This document shows, piece after piece, positions 19,528-29,901 of a DNA stretch of 64,000 nucleotides. The first letter of the stretch is position 1. The number at the start of each line of letters is the position of its first letter. The stretch covers positions 1,362 to 65,361 of the forward strand of contig CAYOSW010000005.1 of assembly GCA_964406775.1 (NCBI GenBank), given 5' to 3'. The position numbers and the translations under genes are program-made. The notes beneath the pieces were generated by a model. It ran no database searches and was not told the DNA's origin. It saw only the letters and a program-made list of their open reading frames with translations. Origin of the DNA: an uncultured Gammaproteobacteria bacterium. GTDB lineage: Bacteria > Patescibacteriota > Microgenomatia > Daviesbacterales > UBA10151.

Positions 19528-20826
19528 ATGGAATTTGAGGTAATTGAACAAACTTATCCTGAAAACTTCCGCTCGGACATAACGCGCGAGCTCGGCGACC
19601 ATATTAACAAACGCCACAGCATCGTCTTTATAGGTATGCGCAGGGTCGGCATATCTAATTTCTTAAGGTTTTTTCTGTATCACAAACAACTCCGCCAAAA
19701 AACTTCGGCAGACAAACACCTCCTTATCGCCATCGATTTAAACGATCTTATCGAACGGACTATTCCTTCTTTTTGGGTATTAACGTTAAAGAGAGTTCTT
19801 GATACCGTCGAAGGGTCCGATTTTGCCCCTAAAACTAAAAAATATATCGAGAATCTATTTCTTGACGGTATCCAGTCCAAAAATACTTTTCTTCTTATAG
19901 AAAATATTAAAAAAGCTCTAAGTAAAATTATTTCCGAAGGTGTTTTCCCGACAATTTTTTTCATCCGGTTTGACAGGATTTCCGAATCCGCAACAGCCGA
20001 TTTTCTGGCAAATCTCGAAGGACTTAAAAGCTCAACCCACGGCAAGTTAAGCTATGTGTTCACAACTTCGCGCGGATTAAACTCCATCTCGCCAAAAGTC
20101 TTCTCGCACACTTCTCTTTCTCTTGCCGAAACGGAGATATTTTTAAAACCGGCAAGCCCGGAAGATCTTCAGGTAATTTGCGATGCCTATATCAAGAGAT
20201 TCGGGCTCCGGATTTCCGCGGAAACGGAGAAAGAATTAATTAAGCTTACCGGAGGCTACGTCCAATACCTCCAGCTGGCTCTAATTACCTTAAACGAGCC
20301 TGAGGTGAATAATAAAAAAATCAGTAATCTGTCCGAACTCTTAGAAAACGACGAGCGGATCAAACTTCAATCGGAAGAACTTTGGGAAGGCCTTACCGGA
20401 GATGAACAGGAAATCCTGCTTAAAGTTGTTGAGGGTGAAAAACTTACGGAAAAAGATTTAAAAGACAATAAATATTTATCAGACAGCGGATTTATGGTTA
20501 AACTCAAAAACGGCTTCAATATTTTCAGTCCGCTTTTTGAAAAGTTCCTGAAGAAAAAAGCCGAAAAAGGGGAGGGGAGTAACGGGAAAATCGATCTCTC
20601 CAAAAAAGAGCATCTGCTATTTTCCTTCCTTAAAGACAATTTAGGTGAGATTTGTGAGCGGGAAGCCATAATTGAGGCCGTCTGGCCGGAAGAGGAGGCT
20701 TTAGGGGTCTCTGATTGGGCAATTGACCGCCTTGTCGCCCGCCTGCGCAAAAAGATTAAGGATGAAGGCGAATTTGAAATAGTAACAATAAAAACCCGGG
20801 GATTTAAATTAATAGGAAAAAATTAA
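19528..20826 (+). CDS. AAA-like ATPase fused to OmpR/PhoB-type winged-helix DNA-binding domain
   Basis: degenerate P-loop GMRRVGIS; C-terminal LSKKEHLL..REAIIEAVW..IDRLVARLRKKI..TIKTRGF. Confidence 0.85.
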   Translation: MEFEVIEQTYPENFRSDITRELGDHINKRHSIVFIGMRRVGISNFLRFFLYHKQLRQKTSADKHLLIAIDLNDLIERTIPSFWVLTLKRVLDTVEGSDFAPKTKKYIENLFLDGIQSKNTFLLIENIKKALSKIISEGVFPTIFFIRFDRISESATADFLANLEGLKSSTHGKLSYVFTTSRGLNSISPKVFSHTSLSLAETEIFLKPASPEDLQVICDAYIKRFGLRISAETEKELIKLTGGYVQYLQLALITLNEPEVNNKKISNLSELLENDERIKLQSEELWEGLTGDEQEILLKVVEGEKLTEKDLKDNKYLSDSGFMVKLKNGFNIFSPLFEKFLKKKAEKGEGSNGKIDLSKKEHLLFSFLKDNLGEICEREAIIEAVWPEEEALGVSDWAIDRLVARLRKKIKDEGEFEIVTIKTRGFKLIGKN

Positions 20827-21161
20827 CTGTAATTTCTGGTTCTGTCCAGATATGGCGCTTCTTTCCAATCGTGACTTATTCTTCTTCCTGAAAAGCTGGA
20901 GTCTGTAGCTACAGATAAACTTCTGAAATGGTGGCCGTCAGCACCGTGCTCACGTTCTATACCATCTTCATCAGGATATTTGTCTCCATAGTCAGCCCAA
21001 ACAGTCACGGCAGTTTTAGCCAGTTCCGCCGGCTCATCCCAATTTATTTTCGCTCCGTAGGGTAAAACCTCAAAACCTAAACCTTTAGGCTTCAAATGGT
21101 GAAACCTTTCTCTTGTAGTTCTTCGTTCTGTCCCGGGTCTGCCTGCGATATGTTCTTTCAT
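20823..21161 (-). CDS. hypothetical protein
   Basis: 112 aa ORF with ATG, co-directional with rpsG. Confidence 0.55.
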   Translation of the reverse strand: MKEHIAGRPGTERRTTRERFHHLKPKGLGFEVLPYGAKINWDEPAELAKTAVTVWADYGDKYPDEDGIEREHGADGHHFRSLSVATDSSFSGRRISHDWKEAPYLDRTRNYS

Positions 21162-21198
21162 AAGAATTTTGGGTTTTTGTTGGCGGAAGTTTCTGCAC

Positions 21199-21225
21199 CT
21201 ACCATCTAAAGTGGGCGCAGGCCTT
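21199..21225 (-). repeat. recoded duplicate of rpsG 3' end (KACAHFRW* vs KAFAHFRW*)
   Basis: AAG GCC TGC GCC CAC TTT AGA TGG TAG vs coding AAG GCT TTT GCG CAT TTT AGA TGG TAA. Confidence 0.88.
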
Positions 21226-21290
21226 AAAAGATTGTAGTTCTACAAGACGACGATCATTGTAGAAGCGAAAATCTCGCAAGGCTTTGCGCT
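21226..21290. mobile_element. putative palindromic micro-element/scar between the two rpsG ends
   Basis: AGATT..TTCTACAA-11-TTGTAGAA..AATCTCGCAAGG; AAGGCTTTGCGC (21278-21289) pairs with 21305-21317 in rpsG. Confidence 0.55.
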
Positions 21291-21764
21291 TTACCATCTA
21301 AAATGCGCAAAAGCCTTATTGGCTTCAGCCATTCTGAGAGTATCTTCTTTCTTCTTTGCTGCGTACCCCTTGCCTTCTGCAGCGTCCATCAATTCCTGGG
21401 CTAATTTTAAGTGGAATCCGTGGAATTCTTTATTTGATTTAGCGCGGGCACCGGCGATTATCCAGCGGATCGCCAAAGATTCTTTTCTTTCTCCTCTGAC
21501 TTCAACGGGAACCTGGTAAGAGGCTCCTCCAACCCTTCTCGGACGGACTTCCATCTTCGGAGCAACGGTTGCAAGAGCGGTATCCAAAACAACCAAAGGT
21601 TTTTTGCCTGTTTTTTCGATTTGTTCGAGTGCATCATAAACCAATCTTTGTGCGGTAGTTTTTTTACCGTCACGCATTATTCTATTGATAATTTTGGTTA
21701 TAATTTTGGATCCGTAAATCGGATCTGCCTGAATTATTCTTTTCGGTGCTTTACCTGATCTCAT
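21291..21764 (-). CDS. rpsG: 30S ribosomal protein S7
   Basis: RRVGGASYQVP, AEANKAFAHFRW. Confidence 0.98.
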   Translation of the reverse strand: MRSGKAPKRIIQADPIYGSKIITKIINRIMRDGKKTTAQRLVYDALEQIEKTGKKPLVVLDTALATVAPKMEVRPRRVGGASYQVPVEVRGERKESLAIRWIIAGARAKSNKEFHGFHLKLAQELMDAAEGKGYAAKKKEDTLRMAEANKAFAHFRW

Positions 21765-22207
21765 TAGCTTGCAGCTGCGGTCTTAGGACCTGCGACTGCT
21801 CCCCCTTTCTTCTGGCCGTATTTGCTTCTGGATGTCTTTCTCTTTGCAACTCCGGACAAATCGAACTTACCGCGGATTAAATGATATTTAACTCCGGGCA
21901 AATCCTTAACTCTTCCTCCACGGACCAAAACGATACCGTGCTCTGCTAAATCGTGACCTTCACCCATAATATAAGCTGTAACTTCGGTTCTGTTGGACAA
22001 TCTGACCCTCGCTACTTTACGTAAAGCCGAATTAGGTTTTTTCGGAGTCATTGTTCTAACCAAAGTAACAACTCCCCTTTTCTGAGGGTTAAAGTTAGTA
22101 ACATATTTACGGTCTTTTGCATTATAAGAGCGTCTCAGGGCTGTCGCCTTGATTTTTCTTGCTGACGTCTTACGTCCTTTTCGTACTAATTGATTAATTG
22201 TTGGCAT
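21764..22207 (-). CDS. rpsL: 30S ribosomal protein S12
   Basis: [28 protein letters not shown]. Confidence 0.99.
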   Translation of the reverse strand: MPTINQLVRKGRKTSARKIKATALRRSYNAKDRKYVTNFNPQKRGVVTLVRTMTPKKPNSALRKVARVRLSNRTEVTAYIMGEGHDLAEHGIVLVRGGRVKDLPGVKYHLIRGKFDLSGVAKRKTSRSKYGQKKGGAVAGPKTAAAS

Positions 22208-22318
22208 CTCTGTTTTTTTATATTCCGGGAGAAAGAATCAAAAGATTACACGAAGTAAAATTTAAATTCCTTCATCCCTAACCGGGATTACTCTAATCCG
22301 GAAATCCGGACCAGTAAT

Positions 22319-25300
22319 TTAGGATGGTTCCATTGCGGCCCGTTCAGGGCTTGTTGGAATCAACCGGCCAATAATAACATTTTCTTTCAGTCCAATCAAC
22401 TTGTCGATCTTACCTGAAGCTGCTGCTTCCGAAAGAACTGTTGTTGTTTCAACGAATGAAGCTGCTGACAGGAAGCTTTCGGTCTGGAGTGAAGCTCTGG
22501 TTATACCCAAAACGATTACTCCTGCAGTTGCCGGCTCTCCGCCCTCTGCCAAGACTCTGGTGTTCTCTTCTTCGAATCTGGTTTTATTTACAACTTCTCC
22601 GGGCAATAATACTGTATCGCCTTGAGATTCGATTCTGACTTTATCACTCATCTTGCGGACGATAATTTCAAAGTGCTTTTCATTAATATGCACACCCTGG
22701 GATTCGTAAACTTCTTTAGCTGCGTCAACAATGTATCTTTGAGCTTCTTTAAGTCCTTTTACTCTTAAGACTTCTTTAATATCCAAATGTCCTGCGGCAA
22801 GTTGAGTTCCTGCGGAAATCAACTGACCGTCTTCAACCAAGAGATCTGCTGTGATCGGAATTGCATATTCCCTTTCTTCGTGAGGCTTGGTTGTGGTTCT
22901 GACCCTGATAACTCTTCCTGTTTCGGTGTTAGAGATAGTAACTTTTCCGGCAATTTCCGAAATCGGGCTGGTTGATTTTGGAGTTCTGGCCTCAAAAAGT
23001 TCTTCAACACGGGGCAAACCTTGTGTAATATCGATACCGACAACTCCTCCTGAGTGGAAAGTACGCATTGTGAGCTGTGTACCGGGCTCTCCGATAGCCT
23101 GAGCTGCAACAACTCCGACAGGTGTTCCGAGACCTACCGGTTTTCTGGATGACAGATCAAGACCATAGCAGGCTGCACAAATTCCATATCTTGCTTCGCA
23201 GGTAAGAGGAGCGCGCACTAAAACTTCAGTAACTTCACTCTTGTAAATTGCTTCTACTTCCGGCTCTTCAAGATAAATTCCATCCGGAAGAAGCTGTTTT
23301 TTAGTTTTCGGATCTACAACTTTTCCGAGCAACTTGCGTCCCAGGAATCTGGTTGAATTTGATGCCGGATTATCGTGAATAACTTCAACAGGGAATCCGT
23401 TTTGGGTTCCGCAGTCCTCAATTCTGACGATCATATCGTGGGATACATCTACCAATCTTCTGGTCAGATATCCTGCATCGGCGGTTCTGATAGCACGGTC
23501 TGCAACTCCCTTTCTCGCTCCTCTACAGGAAGTGAAGTACTCGAACACTCCGAGTCCTTCACGGTAGTTGGATTTTGTAGGAAGTTCCACGATTTTACCT
23601 GTCGGATCAACTGAGAATCCTCTCATTCCGGCAGTTTGCGCGATCTGAGCTGTAGTTGCACGGGCTCCTCCGGACTGCATAATGATCTGGATAGGATTAT
23701 CAGGATCGATTGCCGCAAATGTTTTTCTGACAATTTCGTCTCCAATTCTGGTCCAGACTTCCTGGGAAAGAGCGCGTTTTTCTTCGCTGGTAATGATTTC
23801 CTTTTTAAAGTTATCTTCAATATCGGCAATTTCTTTATCACCCTTAGCAATTAAGGATTTCTTCTCAGGGATAATTTTGTTGTCAAAAATACCGACTGAA
23901 AGTCCGGAAATTGTTGCGCCCCAGAAACCGAATTCTTTAATATCGTCAATCAGTTGAGCAACTTCATCTTTGGTGAAGGCTTTAAATGCCTGCATTATGA
24001 TTCTTGAGATAACTCCGGCGTTAATTGTTTCGTTGATAAAGCGGAGTGATTCAGGCAGGAAGTTGTTAAAAATAATTCTTCCGACTGTTGTTTCGATAAT
24101 TGCATCGCCGATTTTAGCTTTAATCGGAGCTCTTAAATCAAGATTTGCTGTTTGGAATGCAAATTCGGCTTCTTCTCTTGAGTAAACCTTATCGGTAAGC
24201 ACTTTTGTCTTATCAATCGAAGTTACGAAGTAAGAACCCAATGCCATTTCACGGTTAGGAACGTTGATAGGTGATGAATTCGCAGGGCGCAGAATGTTTT
24301 CTTTTGCCATCATCAGATTTTTAGCTTCTTCTTTGGCTTTTTCGGACAAAGGTACGTGAACAGCCATTTGGTCTCCGTCAAAGTCGGCATTAAATCCGGC
24401 ACAGATACAAGGGTGAATCTGGATTGCGTTTCCGTCAATTAAGATCGGGAAGAATGCCTGAATACCTAATCTGTGCAGGGTAGGCGCACGGTTGATCAGA
24501 ACCGGGTGATCTTTGATAACTTCTTCCAAAATATCCCAAACCTCCGGAGGTCTGAATTCCAAAACATTTTTAGCTCCTTTTACGTTTGAAGCCAGGCCTC
24601 TTGAGATAACTTCGCGCAGTACGAAAGGCTTAAACATCTCAAGCGCCATTTCTTTAGGAAGTCCGACCTGAGCCAATTTAAGTTTAGGACCGACGATAAT
24701 AACCGAACGTCCTGAGTAATCTACCCTTTTTCCGAGCAAATTCTGTCTGAATCTTCCCTGTTTTCCTCTCAACATCTCGGAAAGTGATCTTAACTGGTGG
24801 GTTCCGGCTCTTCTGGTTGTTCTGGATGAAGAATCGATTAATGAATCGACTGCTTCCTGAAGCATTCTTTTCTCGTTTCTTAAAATAATTTCAGGAGCAC
24901 CGAGATCAATAAGTCTTTTCAAACGGTTATTTCTGTTGATAACTCTTCTGTAGAGATCGTTTAAGTCCGAAGTTGCAAATCTTCCTCCCGGTAATTGCAC
25001 CATAGGGCGCAAGTCAGGCGGGAGAACAGGCAATATTGTCAAAACCATTGAAGCCGGAGAAATTGTTGATTTTCTCATTCCTTCAACGAGTCTTAATCTT
25101 TTAGTGGCTTTGATATGGCGCTGACCTGAAGATTTTGAAACCTCGACTCTAAGCTCTGAAGCTAATTTATCCAGATCAATCTTATTTAATACCTCAAGCA
25201 ATGCTTCAGCTCCCATCTTAACTTCAAGGAAGTCTGCAACTCCGTACTCATCAAGTTTGAAGTATTCATCCTCCGAAAGAAGTTTCATCGGATTAATATT

Positions 25301-26005
25301 TTTAACCAATTCGGAAACTGTTTTGTAAATTTCCTCAAGCTGAGCGAGCTCTACCTGGTTTTGTTCTTTGAGCTGAGCAATTTTTCTTCTTGCTTCGATT
25401 TGGAATTCGGCAGCCTGGAGCTCGAATTTCTCGTCATTGCCGATTTTCTTCTTAAGTTCTTTTAATTCTCCGGTAGTTACGTCTTCCGCTTCCTTGATTG
25501 TTTTTTCCAAAGCTTCTTTTGAAGCGTCCTGTTTTTCGCCGAGCTGTTTTTCAAGTTTTTCGATAGCTTCAGCTTTTTTATCAGTATCAATTCCGGTAAC
25601 CAGGTATGAAGCAAAGTAAATTATTGCCTCAAGATTCTTCATAGTTAAATCAAGAATCAGGGATAATTTGCTCGGCGCACCTTTAACAAACCAGATATGG
25701 GCCACAGGCGAAGCTAAAGTAATATGACCCATTCTCTCGCGTCTTACTTTGGATTGTGTGACCTCAACTCCGCACTTGTCGCAGATAACACCACGGTAAC
25801 GGATTCTTTTATATTTTCCGCAGTAACATTCCCAATCCTTTGTCGGGCCGAAAATATTTTCAGCAAATAATCCGTCTTTTTCAGCTTTCAAAGTCCGGTA
25901 ATTAATTGTTTCCGGGCGTGTAACCTCACCGAATGACCAGCTTCTGATAATATCGGGTGAAGCGATAGCTACTTTAAGTTGATCAAAATCGAGTAAATTA
26001 TTCAT
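22319..26005 (-). CDS. rpoC: RNA polymerase beta' subunit
   Basis: CYCGKY Zn finger, NADFDGD, GEPGTQLTMRTFH. Confidence 0.99.
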   Translation of the reverse strand: MNNLLDFDQLKVAIASPDIIRSWSFGEVTRPETINYRTLKAEKDGLFAENIFGPTKDWECYCGKYKRIRYRGVICDKCGVEVTQSKVRRERMGHITLASPVAHIWFVKGAPSKLSLILDLTMKNLEAIIYFASYLVTGIDTDKKAEAIEKLEKQLGEKQDASKEALEKTIKEAEDVTTGELKELKKKIGNDEKFELQAAEFQIEARRKIAQLKEQNQVELAQLEEIYKTVSELVKNINPMKLLSEDEYFKLDEYGVADFLEVKMGAEALLEVLNKIDLDKLASELRVEVSKSSGQRHIKATKRLRLVEGMRKSTISPASMVLTILPVLPPDLRPMVQLPGGRFATSDLNDLYRRVINRNNRLKRLIDLGAPEIILRNEKRMLQEAVDSLIDSSSRTTRRAGTHQLRSLSEMLRGKQGRFRQNLLGKRVDYSGRSVIIVGPKLKLAQVGLPKEMALEMFKPFVLREVISRGLASNVKGAKNVLEFRPPEVWDILEEVIKDHPVLINRAPTLHRLGIQAFFPILIDGNAIQIHPCICAGFNADFDGDQMAVHVPLSEKAKEEAKNLMMAKENILRPANSSPINVPNREMALGSYFVTSIDKTKVLTDKVYSREEAEFAFQTANLDLRAPIKAKIGDAIIETTVGRIIFNNFLPESLRFINETINAGVISRIIMQAFKAFTKDEVAQLIDDIKEFGFWGATISGLSVGIFDNKIIPEKKSLIAKGDKEIADIEDNFKKEIITSEEKRALSQEVWTRIGDEIVRKTFAAIDPDNPIQIIMQSGGARATTAQIAQTAGMRGFSVDPTGKIVELPTKSNYREGLGVFEYFTSCRGARKGVADRAIRTADAGYLTRRLVDVSHDMIVRIEDCGTQNGFPVEVIHDNPASNSTRFLGRKLLGKVVDPKTKKQLLPDGIYLEEPEVEAIYKSEVTEVLVRAPLTCEARYGICAACYGLDLSSRKPVGLGTPVGVVAAQAIGEPGTQLTMRTFHSGGVVGIDITQGLPRVEELFEARTPKSTSPISEIAGKVTISNTETGRVIRVRTTTKPHEEREYAIPITADLLVEDGQLISAGTQLAAGHLDIKEVLRVKGLKEAQRYIVDAAKEVYESQGVHINEKHFEIIVRKMSDKVRIESQGDTVLLPGEVVNKTRFEEENTRVLAEGGEPATAGVIVLGITRASLQTESFLSAASFVETTTVLSEAAASGKIDKLIGLKENVIIGRLIPTSPERAAMEPS

Positions 26006-29000
26006 CTTCTCCTCCTTCTTTTTCCATTGCCTGCGCAGCTAAATCTGCCGCTTGAGCTTCAGAATTATCGTCGTTTTCAGCGTCCGCGTCAACCAGTCCT
26101 GCATCTTCTTCCTGCGCCTCAACTGCTTCCTTCTTAGTTTCAGGTTCACCCTGCGCATCAAGTACTTCCATAGGGCCTGTTTCAGCGTTCAATTCCGAAT
26201 CAACTCCGACTTCTCCGACGCCCAAAGCTTCTTTTGCAGCCTCAATCGCAGCGGTTTCTGTAGATGACTCTTCTTTAACCTCTTCTTCATTAACTTCCTT
26301 GACACCCATCGGGATAACTTCAATACCCAAGCTCTGAAGTTCTTTTACAAGCACTTTAAACGATTCAGGAATTAAGGCTTGTGGAATTTCAGTTCCTTTA
26401 ATTATTGCCTCGAATGCTTTAGCACGTCCGACAACATCATCGGATTTTAAGGTCAACATTTCCTGAAGTACATTCGCAGCTCCGTATGCTTCCAGTGCCC
26501 AAACTTCCATTTCTCCGAGTCTTTGTCCTCCCATTTGGGCTTTTCCTCCCAAAGGCTGTTGTGTAACGAGTGAGTAAGGTCCAGTCGAACGGGCGTGAGT
26601 TTTATCCTCAACCATATGGATAAGCTTCAGGAAGTAAGCAATACCCACAACAACATCCTGTTTGAAGTATTCGCCGGTTCTTCCGTCAATCAACTTTGAT
26701 TTACCTGAAACAGGCAAGTTAGCTTTTTGGAGCTGTTCGATTAAAACTTCTTCGGGGATTTTCTCAAAAACCGGAGCTGCAACTTTAAATCCGAGTTTTT
26801 TAGCCGCAAGTCCTAAATGCGCCTCAAGAAGCTGTCCCAAGTTCATACGGGAAAGCACTGTAACCGAAGAAATAATGATATCCAAAGGTGTACCGTCTTC
26901 CAAATGAGGCATATCGGCAGCGGCAACGATTTTTGAGATAACACCTTTGTTTCCGTGTCTACCTGCGAGCTTGTCTCCGGCTGTAACTTTACGCAGTTGT
27001 GCTACTTTTACTTTGATTCTTTGTAAAACTCCGGCTCCAAGATCATCTCCTGCTTCGCGGGAAAGGATTTCGATACCGATAACTGTTCCTTTTTCTCCGT
27101 GAGGCATTCTTAAAGAGGTATCGCGGACTTCTTTAGCTTTTTCTCCGAAGATCGCACGGAGCAACCTCTCTTCTGCTGTAAGCTCGGTCTCTCCTTTGGG
27201 CTGAACTTTACCGACTAAAATATCACCGGGAGCTACTTCCGCACCGATTCTGACGATACCTGTCTCATCAAGATTTGCCAAAGCTTCTTCGGAAACGTTA
27301 GGAATATCAGGAGTTACTTCATCCGGACCGAGTTTTGTTTCAACAACGTCGGTGTTATATTCTTCGATGTGGATCGAAGACAAAACATCCTGTTTAACTA
27401 ATCTATCGGAAATAACGATAGCGTCTTCGTAACCGAGTCCGTCATAGCTCATATAACCGATCAGTAAATTAGTTCCGAGGGATAATTCTCCGTTGTCTGT
27501 TGAGGTTCCTTCAATCAAAAGATCGTCGGTTTTGATTTTCTGACCGGGAACAACTGCCGGCTTTTGTGAATAACAAGTCATAGAAGGGGAGTTGACGAAT
27601 TTTTTAACTTTAAATTCCTGCTTCTGTCCTTTTCCGGAAAGCATAATTTTTTCTCCGTCAGCGTAAGTGATCTCTCCGTCAAAAGGAGCTCTGACTGTTC
27701 TTGCCATAGTGTCCGCAATCATTGTTTCCATTCCCGTTCCGATAACCGGAGCCTGAGGCAAAAGAAGCGGTACGGCCTGACACTGCATATGAGTACCCAT
27801 CAAAGCACGGTTTGCATCATCGTGAGCCAAAAACGGAATTAAGGAAGCTGAAGTTCCGACGATTTGCTGAGGTGAGATATCGATTAAATTAACTTTTTCA
27901 ACTTCGGTTTCAAAAAAGCTTCCGAGGTAACGTACCGGAACTCTGGGCTGGTTAATAAAACCTTTATCGTCCATCTCAACAGTTGCTTCGGTAATATAAA
28001 GATCTTCCTCATCATCTGCAGTAAGATAGATTATTTCATCTGTTGCGCGGGGCTTACCTTTTTCGAGAACTACTTTTCTGTAAGGAGTTTCCAAAAATCC
28101 GTATTCGTTAATTCTTGCGTACAAAGCTAAATATGTAACCAAACCGATGTTCGGTCCTTCAGGAGATCTGATAGGATCGATTCTTCCGTACTGGGAATGG
28201 TTAATATCACGGATTGAGAAGCTGGCTCTGTCTCTTGAGATACCGCCGGTACCTGTAACTGACAATCTTCTCAAATGGTCAATTTCGGAGAGGGGATTGG
28301 TCTGATCTAAAATCTGGGAAAGCTGTGAACTTCTGAAGAATTCGTTGATAGCCGCAATTACCGGGCGGGCATTAACTAATCCTGCAGCTGTAATCTCCTG
28401 GTCAAGAGATAAAAGACTCATTCTCTCTTTGATTACTCTTTCGAGTCTTTGCAGACCAATCCAGAAAGCATTTTGAGCAACTAATTCTCCTACCATTCTG
28501 ACCCTGCGGTTGCCTAAATGATCGATATCGTCGGTTTTTCCGTTGCCGTTAGCTAAATTGATCAGGTATTTGAGAGTTGCAACAATATCTTCCTTGGTTA
28601 AAATCCAATTTTCAGGAGAATTAGGAATATCCAAACCCAATCTCTTGTTGATTTTGAATCTTCCGACACGGGTTAAATTATATCTTCTGGCGTTAAAGAA
28701 CATGTTTTGAAGTAAAGACTTTGCAGTTTCCAAAACAACAGGGTCTCCGGGACGCATTTTGCGGAAGATCTCAAGAAGGGCTTCGTTTTGATCCTTGGTC
28801 GGATCTTTTGCCATTGTTGATTCGATATAGCGGTGTTCGCCGTTATTATCAACGCTTTCAAAATTGGTTCTGATTTCATCTTCGGAAAGACCCAAAGCGC
28901 GGAGCAAGGTTGTTGCGGCAAATTTTCTTCTACGGTCGATCTTAACGGTTAGAACATCCGAGCGGGAAACTCCGAATTCAAGCCAGGAACCGTGCTGAGG

Positions 29001-29486
29001 TCTGATTTCAGCACCGTAAAGTCTGCGTCCGGTAATAGGATCATCTGAGGCAGAAAAAAACGCTCCGGGGGAGCGTACTATCTGATTGATTATTACCCTT
29101 TCGACTCCGTTAATAATAAATGTACCTTTTTCGGTCATTTGCGGAATGTCGCCGAGGAATGCTTCCTGTTTATATGTATCGTTGTTTTGAAGGTTTGTTA
29201 AAACTACGCGGACTTTTAAAGGCGCATCATATGACATTCCCTTAACTTTGCACTGATCAGGGGTAAATCTGGGCTTGCCGAAGAAGTATTCTCCGAATTC
29301 AAGCTTCCAGTTTTTTCCGGTAAAATCCGAAACGGGAGTTATTTCATTAAGTAGTGTTCCGATTCCTTCATCGAGGAATTTTTGGTAAGAATCGCGTTGC
29401 AGGCGTGTAAGGTCTAGTTTTTTGACTTGTGTGGGTCTTTTTCCCCAGTAAAGTCTGCCGTTAATAGTATTAGACGCTGTTTGCAT
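25998..29486 (-). CDS. rpoB: RNA polymerase beta subunit (acidic C-terminal tail)
   Basis: PEGPNIGL, HDDANRALMG, GDKLAGRHGNKG, GGQRLGEME. Confidence 0.99.
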   Translation of the reverse strand: MQTASNTINGRLYWGKRPTQVKKLDLTRLQRDSYQKFLDEGIGTLLNEITPVSDFTGKNWKLEFGEYFFGKPRFTPDQCKVKGMSYDAPLKVRVVLTNLQNNDTYKQEAFLGDIPQMTEKGTFIINGVERVIINQIVRSPGAFFSASDDPITGRRLYGAEIRPQHGSWLEFGVSRSDVLTVKIDRRRKFAATTLLRALGLSEDEIRTNFESVDNNGEHRYIESTMAKDPTKDQNEALLEIFRKMRPGDPVVLETAKSLLQNMFFNARRYNLTRVGRFKINKRLGLDIPNSPENWILTKEDIVATLKYLINLANGNGKTDDIDHLGNRRVRMVGELVAQNAFWIGLQRLERVIKERMSLLSLDQEITAAGLVNARPVIAAINEFFRSSQLSQILDQTNPLSEIDHLRRLSVTGTGGISRDRASFSIRDINHSQYGRIDPIRSPEGPNIGLVTYLALYARINEYGFLETPYRKVVLEKGKPRATDEIIYLTADDEEDLYITEATVEMDDKGFINQPRVPVRYLGSFFETEVEKVNLIDISPQQIVGTSASLIPFLAHDDANRALMGTHMQCQAVPLLLPQAPVIGTGMETMIADTMARTVRAPFDGEITYADGEKIMLSGKGQKQEFKVKKFVNSPSMTCYSQKPAVVPGQKIKTDDLLIEGTSTDNGELSLGTNLLIGYMSYDGLGYEDAIVISDRLVKQDVLSSIHIEEYNTDVVETKLGPDEVTPDIPNVSEEALANLDETGIVRIGAEVAPGDILVGKVQPKGETELTAEERLLRAIFGEKAKEVRDTSLRMPHGEKGTVIGIEILSREAGDDLGAGVLQRIKVKVAQLRKVTAGDKLAGRHGNKGVISKIVAAADMPHLEDGTPLDIIISSVTVLSRMNLGQLLEAHLGLAAKKLGFKVAAPVFEKIPEEVLIEQLQKANLPVSGKSKLIDGRTGEYFKQDVVVGIAYFLKLIHMVEDKTHARSTGPYSLVTQQPLGGKAQMGGQRLGEMEVWALEAYGAANVLQEMLTLKSDDVVGRAKAFEAIIKGTEIPQALIPESFKVLVKELQSLGIEVIPMGVKEVNEEEVKEESSTETAAIEAAKEALGVGEVGVDSELNAETGPMEVLDAQGEPETKKEAVEAQEEDAGLVDADAENDDNSEAQAADLAAQAMEKEGGEDE

Positions 29487-29532
29487 AAGTAGATGGTTAC
29501 TCTTGGCGAAGCTAAGCTCCGTTTAATACACC

Positions 29533-29569
29533 AAAAAGGTACGCATACCTCACTAGTAGTATGCCTACC
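29533..29569 (-). terminator. hairpin + U-tract in rpoB leader
   Basis: GGTAGGCATAC-10-GTATGCGTACC-TTTTT. Confidence 0.6.
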
Positions 29570-29597
29570 ATATTTTCCAATATTTAGGTTAAGGGGT

Positions 29598-29627
29598 AAT
29601 ATACTATAAATCTTATAGCAATTGCAA
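29598..29627 (-). promoter_or_regulatory. putative rpoB promoter
   Basis: TTGCAA-18-TATATT. Confidence 0.45.
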
Positions 29628-29658
29628 GCAGTAACTTTCCGGTAATCCGTAAGCTGAT

Positions 29659-29856
29659 TTACTTATCTACATAAGTGTTCGGAGCAGCCGGCCCGCCCGG
29701 AACATATTCGGTTTGGACCGCAGGCTGATAACTCTCCTGGGCGCTCGGGAAAAAGCCCGTTCCGTTAACCAGCAGATAGATACCTACTGCTATACCGGCA
29801 ACCACCAGAACTATCACTGCCATAGGAACCGATCCTTTTTGAGTTAATTCATTCAT
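29659..29856 (-). CDS. small membrane protein, pilin-like N-terminus
   Basis: QKG|SVP + hydrophobic helix; upstream TTGACA. Confidence 0.7.
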   Translation of the reverse strand: MNELTQKGSVPMAVIVLVVAGIAVGIYLLVNGTGFFPSAQESYQPAVQTEYVPGGPAAPNTYVDK

Positions 29857-29901
29857 ATATACATAATTCCTGTTTTGTAAAATTTTGTCAATGCGCAGGA
29901 G

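Noticed and set aside
875-28921. Many ORF-track frames overlapping ribosomal, EF and RNAP genes (e.g. 4204-4653, 9596-10150, 14933-15379)
   Set aside because: Antisense or alternate-frame shadows of conserved genes with no recognisable motifs.
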